Shown in pieces: positions 10,381 through 20,288 of a stretch of 64,000 nt of DNA. The position numbers and the translations under genes were made by a program. The notes beneath the pieces are model-generated. The model was not told the DNA's origin, ran no database searches, and saw only the letters and a program-made list of their open reading frames with translations. This stretch comes from an uncultured Rhodospirillaceae bacterium (GTDB lineage: Bacteria; Pseudomonadota; Alphaproteobacteria; UBA2966): NCBI GenBank assembly GCA_964528595.1, contig CAZGTM010000008.1:1133-65132 (forward strand), in the 5' to 3' direction. Position 1 is the stretch's first letter; each line of letters begins with the position of its first letter.

Positions 10381-12303
10381 GTGCCGAACACGAGCAAGAC
10401 GCCGCTATTGGATACCGTCGCTGGCCCGCCGGACATTCGGGACTTCGACGACGAACAACTGCGCCAGCTGACGGATGAAGTCCGAACCACCATGATCGAC
10501 GCCGTTTCCAGGACCGGCGGACATCTGGGCGCCGGACTGGGCGTGGTTGAGTTGTCGGTGGCCCTGCATCACATATTCGAAACGCCCACGGACCGATTGA
10601 TTTGGGACGTTGGGCATCAGTCCTACCCCCATAAGATTCTGACGGGCCGGCGCGACCGCATCGGCACCTTGCGCCAGGGCGGCGGCATCTCTGGCTTCAC
10701 CCGGCGCTCCGAAAGTGAGTACGACCCGTTCGGCGCGGCCCACAGTTCCACCTCGATCTCCGCCGGCCTCGGCATGGCGGTGGCGCGCGATCTGGCCGAC
10801 GGCGACAACCGCGTGATCTGCGTCATCGGCGACGGCGCCATGACGGCGGGCATGGCCTACGAAGCCATGAACAACGCCGGGTCCATGTCGAGCCGCCTGA
10901 TTGTCATCCTCAACGACAACGACATGTCCATCGCGCCGCCCGTGGGCGCCATGAGCGCCTATCTTTCCCGCCTGATTTCCTCGCATCCCTATCGGGGTTT
11001 ACGCAACATCGCCAAGCAGGTGGCGCAAAAACTCCCCGACAGCGTCGAACGCACCGCTCGCTTGGCCGAGGAATACGCCCGTGGCATGGCGACGGGCGGC
11101 ACGCTGTTCGAGGAAATGGGCTTTTATTACGTCGGTCCGGTCGACGGTCACAATTTCGACCACCTCCTGCCCGTGCTGCGCAATATCCGCGACAGCGAAC
11201 AGGACGGCCCGGTATTGCTTCACGTCGTGACGCGCAAAGGCCACGGCTACGCGCCCGCGGAAGACAGCTATGACAAGTATCATGGCGTTTCCCGCTTCGA
11301 CGTCGTCACCGGCGCACAGGAAAAACCGACGCCCAATGCGCCGAGCTATACCGGCGTTTTCGCCAACTCCCTGATCGCCCAGGCCGAATTGGACGACCGA
11401 ATTGTGGCGGTAACTGCAGCCATGCCGTCCGGCACCGGTATTGATAAATTTTCCGAACTGTTTCCCGAGCGCAGTTTCGACGTCGGGATCGCAGAACAGC
11501 ATGCGGTGACCTTCGCGGCGGGCATGGCGACGGAAGGCTACAAGCCCTTCGTCGCAATCTATTCGACATTCCTGCAGCGCGCCTACGATCAGATCGTGCA
11601 CGACGTCGCGCTGCAAAGCCTGCCCGTCCGGTTTGCCATTGACCGCGCCGGCCTGGTCGGCGCCGACGGCGCCACGCACGCCGGCGCCTACGATCTTGCC
11701 TACCTCACCTGCCTGCCGGGCATGGTCGTGATGGCGGCGGCGGACGAAGCCGAGCTTGTCCACATGGTGGCGACGGCTGCCGCCTACGAAGACGGTCCCA
11801 TCGCTTTCCGCTATCCGCGCGGCGAAGGGGTCGGCATCGATCTGCCGGAGCAGGGCGAGGTTCTGGAGATCGGCAAGGGACGAATCTTAAGGGAAGGCAC
11901 CACGGTCGCCATCCTGTCCCTCGGTACGCGCCTCGGCGAATCGCTGAAGGCGGCGGAGGAACTGGCCACCCGCGGGTTGTCGGTGACAGTGGCCGATGCC
12001 CGATTCGCCAAACCGCTCGACCATGGTCTGGTGACGCGCCTGGCGCGGGATCACGAAGTCCTGATCACCATCGAAGAAGGCGGATCCGGGGGCTTCGGCG
12101 CGGCGGTCCTGCATTATCTGGCGACCGAGGGCGCGCTGGATGAGGGCCTCAGGATCCGGCCCATGATGCTGCCCGACGCGTTGATCGACCACGACAGCCC
12201 GGCCAAGCAATACGAGACGGCTGGATTGGATGCCGCCGCCATCGTCGAGACGGCATTGAACGCCCTGGCCGAAGACGACAGCGAAGCCAACGCCCGCGCC
12301 TAA
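10381..12303 (+). CDS. dxs: 1-deoxy-D-xylulose-5-phosphate synthase
   Basis: 640 aa. ThDP-binding [18 protein letters not shown] and [14 protein letters not shown] motifs. Canonical xseB-ispA-dxs operon. Confidence 0.95.
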   Translation: MPNTSKTPLLDTVAGPPDIRDFDDEQLRQLTDEVRTTMIDAVSRTGGHLGAGLGVVELSVALHHIFETPTDRLIWDVGHQSYPHKILTGRRDRIGTLRQGGGISGFTRRSESEYDPFGAAHSSTSISAGLGMAVARDLADGDNRVICVIGDGAMTAGMAYEAMNNAGSMSSRLIVILNDNDMSIAPPVGAMSAYLSRLISSHPYRGLRNIAKQVAQKLPDSVERTARLAEEYARGMATGGTLFEEMGFYYVGPVDGHNFDHLLPVLRNIRDSEQDGPVLLHVVTRKGHGYAPAEDSYDKYHGVSRFDVVTGAQEKPTPNAPSYTGVFANSLIAQAELDDRIVAVTAAMPSGTGIDKFSELFPERSFDVGIAEQHAVTFAAGMATEGYKPFVAIYSTFLQRAYDQIVHDVALQSLPVRFAIDRAGLVGADGATHAGAYDLAYLTCLPGMVVMAAADEAELVHMVATAAAYEDGPIAFRYPRGEGVGIDLPEQGEVLEIGKGRILREGTTVAILSLGTRLGESLKAAEELATRGLSVTVADARFAKPLDHGLVTRLARDHEVLITIEEGGSGGFGAAVLHYLATEGALDEGLRIRPMMLPDALIDHDSPAKQYETAGLDAAAIVETALNALAEDDSEANARA

Positions 12304-12335
12304 CCATCGAGCCCGATCCGGGCTATATTCACGGC

Positions 12336-13109
12336 ATGACCAAGACGGCGAAAAAGCGGCTCGACCTCCTGCTGGTCGAGCGTGGTTTGGTGGAAAGCCG
12401 GGGTAAGGCGCAGGCCCTGATCATGGCGGGCAAGGTCTATTCGGCCGAGAACCGCCTCGACAAACCCGGCCACCGCATGCCCGAAAACCAGGCCTTGTCG
12501 GTGCGTGGCCAGGACCATCCCTGGGTCAGCCGGGGCGGTCTCAAGCTCGCCCATGGCCTCGACTTTTTCGACATTGATGCAAGTGGCGCGACCGCCGTCG
12601 ACGTCGGTGCGTCGACCGGCGGCTTCACCGACGTGTTGCTGCAGTCGGGCGCGAAAAAGGTCTACGCGGTGGATGTCGGCCATGGCCAGTTGGCCTGGAA
12701 GCTCAGAACGGATGAGCGGGTCGTCGTTTTGGAAAAAACCAACGCCCGGTACCTGACGGCTGACCAGATTCCCGATCCGGTCGACCTGATCGTCTGCGAC
12801 GCCAGCTTTATCGGGCTTCGCACCGTCCTGCCCGCCGCCATGGTGCTGGCCCGGCCGGCGGGGCATCTGGTGGCGCTGATCAAGCCGCAGTTCGAAGTCG
12901 GCAAGGGCCGCGTCGGAAAGGGCGGCGTGGTGCGCGATCCCGAACTGCACCGGGAGGTCTGCGACACCATTTCGGAATGGATCGGGGGCTTGCCGGATTG
13001 GCGGGTCCTGGGCCTGACCGAAAGCCCGATAAAAGGTCCCGAGGGCAACATCGAGTTCTTGATCGCAGCGCAAAAGACCACAGGTATAGACGATGCTTCC
13101 CCTGCATGA
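12336..13109 (+). CDS. tlyA: TlyA-family rRNA 2'-O-methyltransferase (hemolysin A homolog)
   Basis: N-terminal S4 domain (KKRLDLLLVERGLVESRGKAQALIMAG) and an FtsJ-like MTase domain (VDVGASTGGFTD). Conserved position after dxs. Confidence 0.85.
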   Translation: MTKTAKKRLDLLLVERGLVESRGKAQALIMAGKVYSAENRLDKPGHRMPENQALSVRGQDHPWVSRGGLKLAHGLDFFDIDASGATAVDVGASTGGFTDVLLQSGAKKVYAVDVGHGQLAWKLRTDERVVVLEKTNARYLTADQIPDPVDLIVCDASFIGLRTVLPAAMVLARPAGHLVALIKPQFEVGKGRVGKGGVVRDPELHREVCDTISEWIGGLPDWRVLGLTESPIKGPEGNIEFLIAAQKTTGIDDASPA

Positions 13110-13974
13110 CGACAATCCGACCCATATCCGGCCCTATGTCACCTGGACGATAATCGGGCTCTGCGTCGTCATCTTTCTCTGGCAGTTCTCCCTGGATGCA
13201 CGCGGCGGCCGTGAGGCGGTCTATGGACTGGGACTAATTCCGTCGGTGCTGTTCGGCGAAAATCACTTGCCGCCGCAGCTGGCGCATGCGCCCGCCATCC
13301 TCACGCCCATCACCTCAATGTTCCTGCACGGCGGCTGGATGCATCTGATCGGCAACATGCTTTTTCTCTGGGTGTTCGGCAATAACATCGAAGACGCCAT
13401 GGGACATTGGCGCTACATCGGATTCTATCTTCTCGCCGGTCTCGCCGCGGCCGGCGGGCAAATCGCCTCCGACCCGTCGTCCGTCATTCCCATGATCGGC
13501 GCCAGCGGCGCCATCTCCGGCGTGCTCGGCGCCTATTTGATGTTGTACCCGAAAGCCCGCGTTTTGATGCTGGTCTGGCTTGGTTTCCTGGTCACGACCA
13601 TCCGCGTGCCGGCCCTGATCGTCCTCGGGCTTTGGATCGTCATGCAGATATTCAACGCCACGCTGTCGGGCGGCGGTGGAGGCGGCGTCGCCTGGTGGGC
13701 TCACATCGGCGGCTTTATCGCCGGCATGGCGCTCATCCCGTTGTTCCGCCACAAGCACATTCCATTGTTCGGACACGGCTATGAAGGCCACGGGCGCGGG
13801 GGCTTTGCACGGAGCGGCGACGATCCCTCGCGCAAACCGTTCGTGCTGCGCACCGGCGGCGAGCGGCCTGCCGCCTCGACGGCCGCCAAGGGGCCCTGGA
13901 AGCGGCGTAAGAACACGCCGCCGGGACCGCCGCCCCGCCGTAACAAACCCGGACCCTGGGGGCGTCGCCGCTAG
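13093..13974 (+). CDS. Rhomboid family intramembrane serine protease
   Basis: Catalytic GASGAISG serine motif and the downstream AHIGG histidine. Multi-TM. Pro/Arg-rich C-terminal tail. Confidence 0.8.
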   Translation: MLPLHDDNPTHIRPYVTWTIIGLCVVIFLWQFSLDARGGREAVYGLGLIPSVLFGENHLPPQLAHAPAILTPITSMFLHGGWMHLIGNMLFLWVFGNNIEDAMGHWRYIGFYLLAGLAAAGGQIASDPSSVIPMIGASGAISGVLGAYLMLYPKARVLMLVWLGFLVTTIRVPALIVLGLWIVMQIFNATLSGGGGGGVAWWAHIGGFIAGMALIPLFRHKHIPLFGHGYEGHGRGGFARSGDDPSRKPFVLRTGGERPAASTAAKGPWKRRKNTPPGPPPRRNKPGPWGRRR

Positions 13975-13979
13975 CGTCC

Positions 13980-15242
13980 ATGGCGGATCTCGACGTCGAA
14001 GTTTCGCGCCTCGGCGCCCGTGGGGACGGCATTGCGGATAGCCCCAACGGGCCTTTGTACGTGCCGTTTTCGTTGCCCGGAGAACGCTTGCGGGTAAAGC
14101 CCGGCGCCAAGCGGGGCGTGGGGCGAACGGCGAGCGTAGTTGAAATCCTCCAGGCAGCGCCCGAGCGGACCAAGCCCCCGTGTCCGCACTTCGGTGACTG
14201 CGGCGGCTGCGCCCTGCAGCACATGTCCGGGCCGGCGGAACTGACCTGGAAGCGGACGCTGGTCGCCGAGGCCCTGGCGCGCCGGGGATTTAGCGCCGTC
14301 CTCGTCAACGAAGCGCATGCCGTCCCGCTCGGCGCCCGGCGGCGCACAACCTTGCACGCGGTTCGCGCCGGCGGGCGGATAATTCTCGGTTTCAACGCCA
14401 GGGCCAGTCATCGGCTGGTCCCCGTGACGGTGTGCGCCGTGCTTGATCCGCGCTTGAGCGCTTTGATCGAACCGCTACGGGTCTTGGCCGGCCATCTGCC
14501 GATACCCAAGCGGGGGCTGGAACTATCGCTGACGGCCACCGCAGCCGGCGTCGACCTGCTGATCGGCGCGCGGGGATCACCGGAACTCGAGGCGCGGGAG
14601 CAGCTGACCGATTTCGCGCTGGCCCACGACCTGGCGCGGGTTTCCTGGGGTCGGCGGGATCCCGAATTGATTATATTGTCGCAGAGCCCCCAGGTATCCC
14701 TCGGCGGTGTGGCGGTCGTCGTTCCGGCGGGCGGATTTCTGCAGGCCGGGCCAGATGCCGAGGCATTCCTGATCGAACGGGTCGGCGCCTATCTCGGCCA
14801 ACCCCGGAAAGTCGCCGATCTTTACGCCGGGGTCGGAACCTTCGCGCTGAGTTTGGCGGCAGCGGGCGCCCAGGTTTCCGCCTTCGATGGCGACGATACG
14901 GCGATCGCGGCCCTGCAGGCGGCCGTCAACGCCGCCGCCGGACGCCTCAGGGTGACGGCAAAGTCACGCGATCTGGCCGAGCGACCGCTAACTGCAGCCG
15001 AACTGGCGGATTTCGACGCGGCCGTGCTCGACCCGCCGCGCGCTGGGGCGGCGGCGCAGGTTGAAGAATTGTCCCGGTCCGACGTGGCGACAATCGCCTA
15101 CGTCTCCTGCCACCCCGGCACGTTCGCGCGGGATGCCCGGATACTTGTCGACGGTGGCTACGCCCTGATCGACGTCACCCCGGTCAACCAGTTCCAATGG
15201 TCACCCCACGTCGAACTGATCGGCCGTTTTGAAAGGCAATAA
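13980..15242 (+). CDS. 23S rRNA (uracil-C5)-methyltransferase, RlmD/RumA family (TRAM + Fe-S + SAM MTase)
   Basis: Cluster CPHFGDCGGCALQH (4Fe-4S ligands), a TRAM-like N-terminus and a C-terminal SAM motif DLYAGVGTF. Confidence 0.8.
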   Translation: MADLDVEVSRLGARGDGIADSPNGPLYVPFSLPGERLRVKPGAKRGVGRTASVVEILQAAPERTKPPCPHFGDCGGCALQHMSGPAELTWKRTLVAEALARRGFSAVLVNEAHAVPLGARRRTTLHAVRAGGRIILGFNARASHRLVPVTVCAVLDPRLSALIEPLRVLAGHLPIPKRGLELSLTATAAGVDLLIGARGSPELEAREQLTDFALAHDLARVSWGRRDPELIILSQSPQVSLGGVAVVVPAGGFLQAGPDAEAFLIERVGAYLGQPRKVADLYAGVGTFALSLAAAGAQVSAFDGDDTAIAALQAAVNAAAGRLRVTAKSRDLAERPLTAAELADFDAAVLDPPRAGAAAQVEELSRSDVATIAYVSCHPGTFARDARILVDGGYALIDVTPVNQFQWSPHVELIGRFERQ

Positions 15243-15245
15243 CGC

Positions 15246-15818
15246 CTAACGGTCCATGCCGTGGTATTCGGGGTTGGGCATCATGTCGACGGCCAGGGCG
15301 ACGCGGTTGCTCATGTTGAAGAAGCCGGCGACCTCGGCGATTTCCCAGATGTCCGAATCGGAAAAACCGTGGTCGCGCAGACCCTGGCGGTCTTCTTCCG
15401 ACATGTTCTTCGGGTTCTCCGTCAGCTTGACCGCGAAATCGAGCATGGCGCGCTGGCGCGGTTCCAATTCGGCGTTGCGGTAATTCATCACCATCAATTC
15501 GCCCAGCATGGGATCGCCGGAATACTGGCGCACGGCCTGGCCATGGGCGACCAGGCAATAGACGCATTTATTCTCGGACGACACCGCCACGGCGATCATT
15601 TCGCGCTCCAGCTTGCTCAAGCCCCCCTCGCTCAGCATCAACTCGTTGTACATGTTGACGAAGGCGGAAAGCTTCTTCGTGTTCCACGAATAAGCCTGCA
15701 GCACATTGGGAATCATGCCGAGTTTTTCGGTGCATTTGTCGAAGTAGGCCTGCATCTTGTCATCGAGTTCGGCCGGCGGCAGGTCGAGCGCCATGATGTG
15801 GTCGGGCTGTGCGGACAT
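15246..15818 (-). CDS. Carboxymuconolactone decarboxylase family protein (AhpD-like peroxidase-related enzyme)
   Basis: 190 aa with the AhpD-type CxxC motif (ENKCVYCLVAHG). Confidence 0.75.
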   Translation of the reverse strand: MSAQPDHIMALDLPPAELDDKMQAYFDKCTEKLGMIPNVLQAYSWNTKKLSAFVNMYNELMLSEGGLSKLEREMIAVAVSSENKCVYCLVAHGQAVRQYSGDPMLGELMVMNYRNAELEPRQRAMLDFAVKLTENPKNMSEEDRQGLRDHGFSDSDIWEIAEVAGFFNMSNRVALAVDMMPNPEYHGMDR

Positions 15819-15853
15819 GGTGGGGGTCTCCGGTTGGACGAAAATAGAAGGTG

Positions 15854-16927
15854 TTAGTTACCCGTCTGGCCGCGGTGGCGCAACAGGTGATCGGCCAGGG
15901 TGCAGGCCATCATGGCCTCACCGACAGGAACGGCGCGGATGCCGACGCAAGGATCGTGACGGCCCTTGGTCTCCACATCGGTATCGTCGCCGCCGGTCGT
16001 AATGGTCTTGCGCGGCGTCTGGATACTGGACGTCGGTTTGACGGCAAAGCGGACGACGACGTCCTGACCGGATGAAATGCCGCCCAAGATACCGCCGGCG
16101 TTGTTGGAGAGGAATTCCGGCCCGTTCGGTCCGGTGCGCATTTCATCGGCGTTCTGTTCGCCGCTCAGCGCCGCGGCGCCGAAACCGGCGCCGAATTCGA
16201 CGCCCTTGACGGCGTTGATGCTCATCATGGCCGCCGCCAGATCGCCGTCGAGCTTGCCATAGATCGGCGCCCCCCAGCCGGCCGGCACGCCTGAAGCGAC
16301 GATCTCGATCACCGCACCGATGGAGGAGCCGCGCTTGCGGATGGCATCGAGTTCGGTTTCCCAGCGTTTGGCCGCTTCGGCGTCGGGGCACCAGAACTCG
16401 TTCTCACCGATGGCATCCCAATTCCAGGCGTCATAATCCACCCGGTCGTCGCCCATCTGCACCATGGCGCCGCGCACGGACACGCCGTCGCCGAGGATCT
16501 TGCGCGCCACCGCGCCGGCGGCGACACGCACGGCCGTCTCCCGCGCCGAGGCGCGGCCGGAGCCCCGGTAATCGCGCACGCCGTATTTTTCCCGGTAAGT
16601 GAAATCGGCGTGACCCGGCCGGTACTTGTCCTTGATTTCGTCGTAGTCCTTGGAGCGCGCGTCGATGTTGGCGATCTCCAGGGCGATGGGGGTTCCCGTC
16701 GTCAGCCCCTCGAAAACGCCCGACAGTATGTGAACCTCGTCGGTCTCGCGCCGCTGCGTGACGAAGCGAGACGTGCCCGGGCGGCGGCTGTCGAGCCAAG
16801 GCTGGATATCCGCCTCGGTCAGAGGGATGCCGGGCGGCGTACCGTCGATCACGCAGCCGATGGCCGGCCCGTGGCTCTCCCCCCAGGTGGTGACGCGGAA
16901 GAGGTGGCCGAAGGTGTTATGGGACAT
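15854..16927 (-). CDS. aroC: Chorismate synthase
   Basis: [30 protein letters not shown]-terminus and full-length AroC similarity. Start at the internal Met 16927. Confidence 0.92.
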   Translation of the reverse strand: MSHNTFGHLFRVTTWGESHGPAIGCVIDGTPPGIPLTEADIQPWLDSRRPGTSRFVTQRRETDEVHILSGVFEGLTTGTPIALEIANIDARSKDYDEIKDKYRPGHADFTYREKYGVRDYRGSGRASARETAVRVAAGAVARKILGDGVSVRGAMVQMGDDRVDYDAWNWDAIGENEFWCPDAEAAKRWETELDAIRKRGSSIGAVIEIVASGVPAGWGAPIYGKLDGDLAAAMMSINAVKGVEFGAGFGAAALSGEQNADEMRTGPNGPEFLSNNAGGILGGISSGQDVVVRFAVKPTSSIQTPRKTITTGGDDTDVETKGRHDPCVGIRAVPVGEAMMACTLADHLLRHRGQTGN

Positions 16928-16938
16928 CGGTCCGCGAT

Positions 16939-17751
16939 CTAGACGGTGGAAATGTCGGGGGCGTCGACGGCCTTCATGCCGACGACGTGATAGCCGCAAT
17001 CAACGTGGTGGACCTCACCGGTCACGCCCGCCGAAAGGCCGCTCAGCAAGTAGAGGGCGGAGCCGCCGACCTCATCGATGGTGACGTTCCGGCGCAGCGG
17101 CGAATTGAGCTCGTTCCACTTGAGAATGTAGCGGAAGTCGCCGATCCCGGAGGCGGCCAGGGTTTTGACGGGTCCGGCCGAGATCGCGTTGACGCGGATG
17201 TTCGAGCGGCCGAGATCCTCTGCCAGGTAACGTACGCTGGCCTCCAGCGCCGCCTTGGCCACGCCCATGACGTTGTAATGGGGAATGACCTGTTCGGCGC
17301 CGTAATAGGTCAGGGTGATCATGCTGCCGCCCTCGTTCATGATCGCTTCGGCCCGGCGGCACAGCGAGGTGAACGAATAGCAGCTGATATCGAGGCTCAT
17401 CAGGAAGTTTTCGCGGCTGGTGTCGACGTAACGGCCCTTGAGTTCGTCCTTGTCGGAATAGGCGATGGCGTGCACGAGAAAATCGATTTTGCCCCAGGCG
17501 CTTTCCAGCTCGCTGAATACCGCCTCGACGCTGGCCTCGTCGCTGACATCGCAGGGCATGACCATGGTGGAGCCAAGCTGGTCGGCCAGCGGGCGCACGC
17601 GTTTTTCCAAAGCCTCGCCCTGAAAGGTGAAGGCGAGCTCCGCCCCATGTTCCGCCAAGGCCTTGGATATCCCCCAGGCAATGGAGCGATCATTGGCCAC
17701 ACCCATGATCAGGCCCTTCTTGCCCGCCATCAACGATGTCGTGTCCGACAT
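16939..17751 (-). CDS. fabI: Enoyl-[acyl-carrier-protein] reductase (NADH), FabI
   Basis: [19 protein letters not shown]... and YxxxK-type SDR catalytic region typical of FabI. Adjacent to aroC as in many alphaproteobacteria. Confidence 0.9.
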   Translation of the reverse strand: MSDTTSLMAGKKGLIMGVANDRSIAWGISKALAEHGAELAFTFQGEALEKRVRPLADQLGSTMVMPCDVSDEASVEAVFSELESAWGKIDFLVHAIAYSDKDELKGRYVDTSRENFLMSLDISCYSFTSLCRRAEAIMNEGGSMITLTYYGAEQVIPHYNVMGVAKAALEASVRYLAEDLGRSNIRVNAISAGPVKTLAASGIGDFRYILKWNELNSPLRRNVTIDEVGGSALYLLSGLSAGVTGEVHHVDCGYHVVGMKAVDAPDISTV

Positions 17752-17842
17752 ATGTTCCTCGCAATTTCGTACCGAATTTCAAGTGGTTCGCGGCATCGTA
17801 CACCAAAGGCGGGGGGCGTCAAACCAAGGCGGGCCCGCAACC

Positions 17843-18691
17843 TCATACCGCTTCTTGCGCTCCCGCCTGCCGCCCGATGGCGGCGTTAATCTCCGCGCCG
17901 AACAGAAAAACCGCGCCCAAAAGATAGAAAAAGATCATGGCGATAACCACGCCGCCCAGGCTGCCGTAGGTGATGTCGTAATTGTTGAAGTGGCCCAGAT
18001 AGAGCGTAAAGGAGGCCGCCGCAGCGCCCCACAGGACCAAGGTGAGCAGCGCGCCGGGCAGGATCGCCTTCCAGGGCGGCCGCCGGGCGGGCAGCATGCC
18101 GTACAGCGCGCTCAGCAACAACAGGACGAAGGCGACGCCGATCAGGCTGCGGAACGGGCCAAGCTCAAACGCCGGCAAATCGATGAAGCCCAATTGCGCC
18201 GCCGCGTCCTGGCAGAGGATGGGAGCCAGGATCAGCACCGTCACGCTGATCACGATCAGGACGCCGCCGACCATCACCAGGCCGATGCTTTCCAGTCGCC
18301 GCCGCCAAAAGGGGATCGGGGATTTTTCCCCGAAGGCGCGCTCGATACCGGCCCTGGCGCCCTCCACAGCCGAGGCCGCCGTCCAGACAGCGCCCGCCAT
18401 ACCGATGGTCAGCAGGCCGCCGCGCAATTCCTGCAGGACCTGCAGGATCGGTTCCTCGAACACGGCCGCCACGTGTTCGGGCATGTTCTCCAGCACGAAG
18501 GCGACGATCATGGTGCCGGCCTCGGTATTACCGATGAAGCCGGCCAGGGCGACGATGAAAATGAGGAAGGGAAAGAGGGTCAAGAGCGTCATGAAAGCGA
18601 GGTGACCGGCGATCAGGGGGGCGCCATTGCGGATGAATCCCACAAAAGCGGAGCCCAGTACCCGGAATGCGCTGTGACCGATGCGGAGCAT
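17843..18691 (-). CDS. YihY/BrkB family inner-membrane protein (formerly called RNase BN)
   Basis: 282 aa, multi-TM. N-terminal FRVLGSAFVGFIRNGAPLIAGHLAFMTLLTLFPFL characteristic of YihY/BrkB. Confidence 0.75.
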   Translation of the reverse strand: MLRIGHSAFRVLGSAFVGFIRNGAPLIAGHLAFMTLLTLFPFLIFIVALAGFIGNTEAGTMIVAFVLENMPEHVAAVFEEPILQVLQELRGGLLTIGMAGAVWTAASAVEGARAGIERAFGEKSPIPFWRRRLESIGLVMVGGVLIVISVTVLILAPILCQDAAAQLGFIDLPAFELGPFRSLIGVAFVLLLLSALYGMLPARRPPWKAILPGALLTLVLWGAAAASFTLYLGHFNNYDITYGSLGGVVIAMIFFYLLGAVFLFGAEINAAIGRQAGAQEAV

Positions 18692-18800
18692 GAGCGTGAG
18701 AGTAGCGCCTCCCGGCTGTCAAACCCATACCTTTGGGCGTTTTACATTTTGTCGAATAGCGAATGGCGGTACTCTGCCAGCCTTCAAAACGGAGCTTGGA

Positions 18801-19481
18801 ATGACAGAGTACAATTACGCCGATTTCAGCCTGAAGCGCGAGATGCCGCCGTTCGATGAATTCCGCGACCGGCTGCACGCCGGGGAACGGGCGCCGGACT
18901 TCCCGCTGGAGGACCTTGCCAGCGGCGCGACCGTGCAACTGCGGGACTTGTGGAAAAAAGGCCCGGCGATCATCGAGTTCGGCTCCTTCACCTGACCGTA
19001 CTGCGCCATGGCGGCCGAGGCGATGGACGACCTCGCCGACCGCCTGGCGGACCGAGCCGTGAGCTCGGCCTTTCTGTACACTCGTGAAGCCCATCCCGGC
19101 GAAAACTACCGCCACCACACCTCGATGGACGGCAAGCGCGCCAACGCGAGGGCCTTTCAGGAGCATGTGAACCTGAGGCGGCCGATCCTGCTGGACGATC
19201 TCGAAGGCACGGCCCACAAGGCCTACGGTATCCTGCCGAACATGACCTGGATCATCGGCAAGGGCGGCATGATCCTTTACAAGGCCGCCTGGACGGGCGT
19301 CGAAGATGTCGAAGACGCTTTCAACAGTCTGATGGACGGTCACGCCCGGCGCATCAAGGACCAACTGGTGCCTTTCTACAGCGAACGCTTCGCCTGGCGG
19401 ACGCGCGATGAGGACGGCTTCAAGGGCGGCCTGGAACGCGCCGGTCCGCAGGCCGTGTCGGACTTCTACGACAAGGAATAG
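18801..19481 (+). CDS. Candidate selenoprotein: thioredoxin-fold peroxiredoxin/deiodinase-like protein with in-frame TGA (Sec) at codon 18993-18995
   Basis: ORFs 18681..18995 and 19008..19481 share one frame and are separated only by a TGA. Read through, the product is ...APDFPLEDLASGATVQLRDLWKKGPAIIEFGSFT-U-PYCAMAAE... The TGA sits at the catalytic Cys position of the redoxin/deiodinase motif. ATG at 18801 has a GGAG RBS. Confidence 0.6.
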
Positions 19482-19544
19482 CAGGACGCTGTCGGACCGG
19501 GGTTAATTTCATTGAACAAATCGACCCTACCCCCCCCATCCTAT

Positions 19545-19567
19545 CCTTCCCCCGCCAGGGGGGAAGG
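19545..19567 (+). terminator. GC-rich hairpin after the selenoprotein gene (candidate terminator)
   Basis: CCTTCCCC-cgccag-GGGGAAGG perfect 8-bp stem. The downstream T-tract is weak. Confidence 0.4.
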
Positions 19568-19601
19568 AACTCACATTGGAAATTCGCCCAAACATTAAAA
19601 G

Positions 19602-19624
19602 CCCTCCCCCTTGACGGGGGAGGG
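19602..19624 (-). terminator. Rho-independent terminator for the minus-strand 3-HAO operon
   Basis: CCCTCCCCC-ttgac-GGGGGAGGG 9-bp stem. On the minus strand it is followed by CTTTTAATGTTT. Confidence 0.55.
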
Positions 19625-19687
19625 TTGGGTGGGGGTGGGGCCACAAGAACTAAATTGGGTTAGCTGATTTCAGCTCGTGGGTAGGAT

Positions 19688-20251
19688 TTACAATTGGACC
19701 CAGCCATCCGGCGGCGAGCCCTTGCCCGGATGCACGGTACCGCAGTTGGGACACTTGCGCGCTTCCTCGTCTTCGTGGAAGGCGTCGTAGATTTTCGGCA
19801 GGGCCGTGACGATGCCGCTGGGACCGCCGAGGGGCACTTCGATGCGGTGGACGCGGGCCTCGCACTCGAAGCAGTACCACTCGAAGCCTTCCTTCATGCC
19901 GTCCATGCGCGGGCTCTCGACGACGATGCCAACGGACCCTTCCTGCGGCCGTTGCGGCGCGTGGATGGTGTGCGACGGCATCATGAAGACCTCGCCCTCG
20001 CGGATCGGCACGTCATAGATCGCACCGTTGTCGGCGATCTTCAGCATCATGTCGCCCTTCACCTGGTAGAACCATTCCTCCACCGGGTCGTCGTGGAAGT
20101 CGACGCGCGTGTTGGGGCCGCCGACCACCATGACGATCATGCCGCTTTCGTCGTGCAGCAGCTTGTTGTTGACCGGCGGCGTCAGGGACGCCTGGTTGTC
20201 GGCAATCCATTGCTGGAAATTGAAGGGGATCAATGTCGGATGTAACGGCAT
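19688..20251 (-). CDS. nbaC: 3-hydroxyanthranilate 3,4-dioxygenase
   Basis: Cupin core: PFNFQQW, VDFHDDPVEEWFYQVKGDM, MPSHTIHAPQRP. C-terminal rubredoxin-like CxxC...CxxC (WYCFEC...CPNCG). Same length and motifs as characterised HAAO/NbaC. Confidence 0.9.
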   Translation of the reverse strand: MPLHPTLIPFNFQQWIADNQASLTPPVNNKLLHDESGMIVMVVGGPNTRVDFHDDPVEEWFYQVKGDMMLKIADNGAIYDVPIREGEVFMMPSHTIHAPQRPQEGSVGIVVESPRMDGMKEGFEWYCFECEARVHRIEVPLGGPSGIVTALPKIYDAFHEDEEARKCPNCGTVHPGKGSPPDGWVQL

Positions 20252-20288
20252 GGCGGAAACTCCCCCGGTCGATGATTACAGTTGAAAC

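Noticed and set aside
18681-18800. N-terminal 40-codon extension of the first selenoprotein candidate (MRSMSVRVAPPGCQTHTF...)
   Set aside because: The extension has no RBS and falls in the divergent promoter region shared with yihY. ATG 18801 has a GGAG RBS and gives an N-terminus matching redoxin family lengths.
17627-18859. 410-aa plus-strand ORF spanning fabI, yihY and the selenoprotein promoter
   Set aside because: It is antisense to two well-supported genes, its product is Arg/Gln/Asp-rich low complexity with no domains, and it has no RBS. It is a typical GC-skew artefact.
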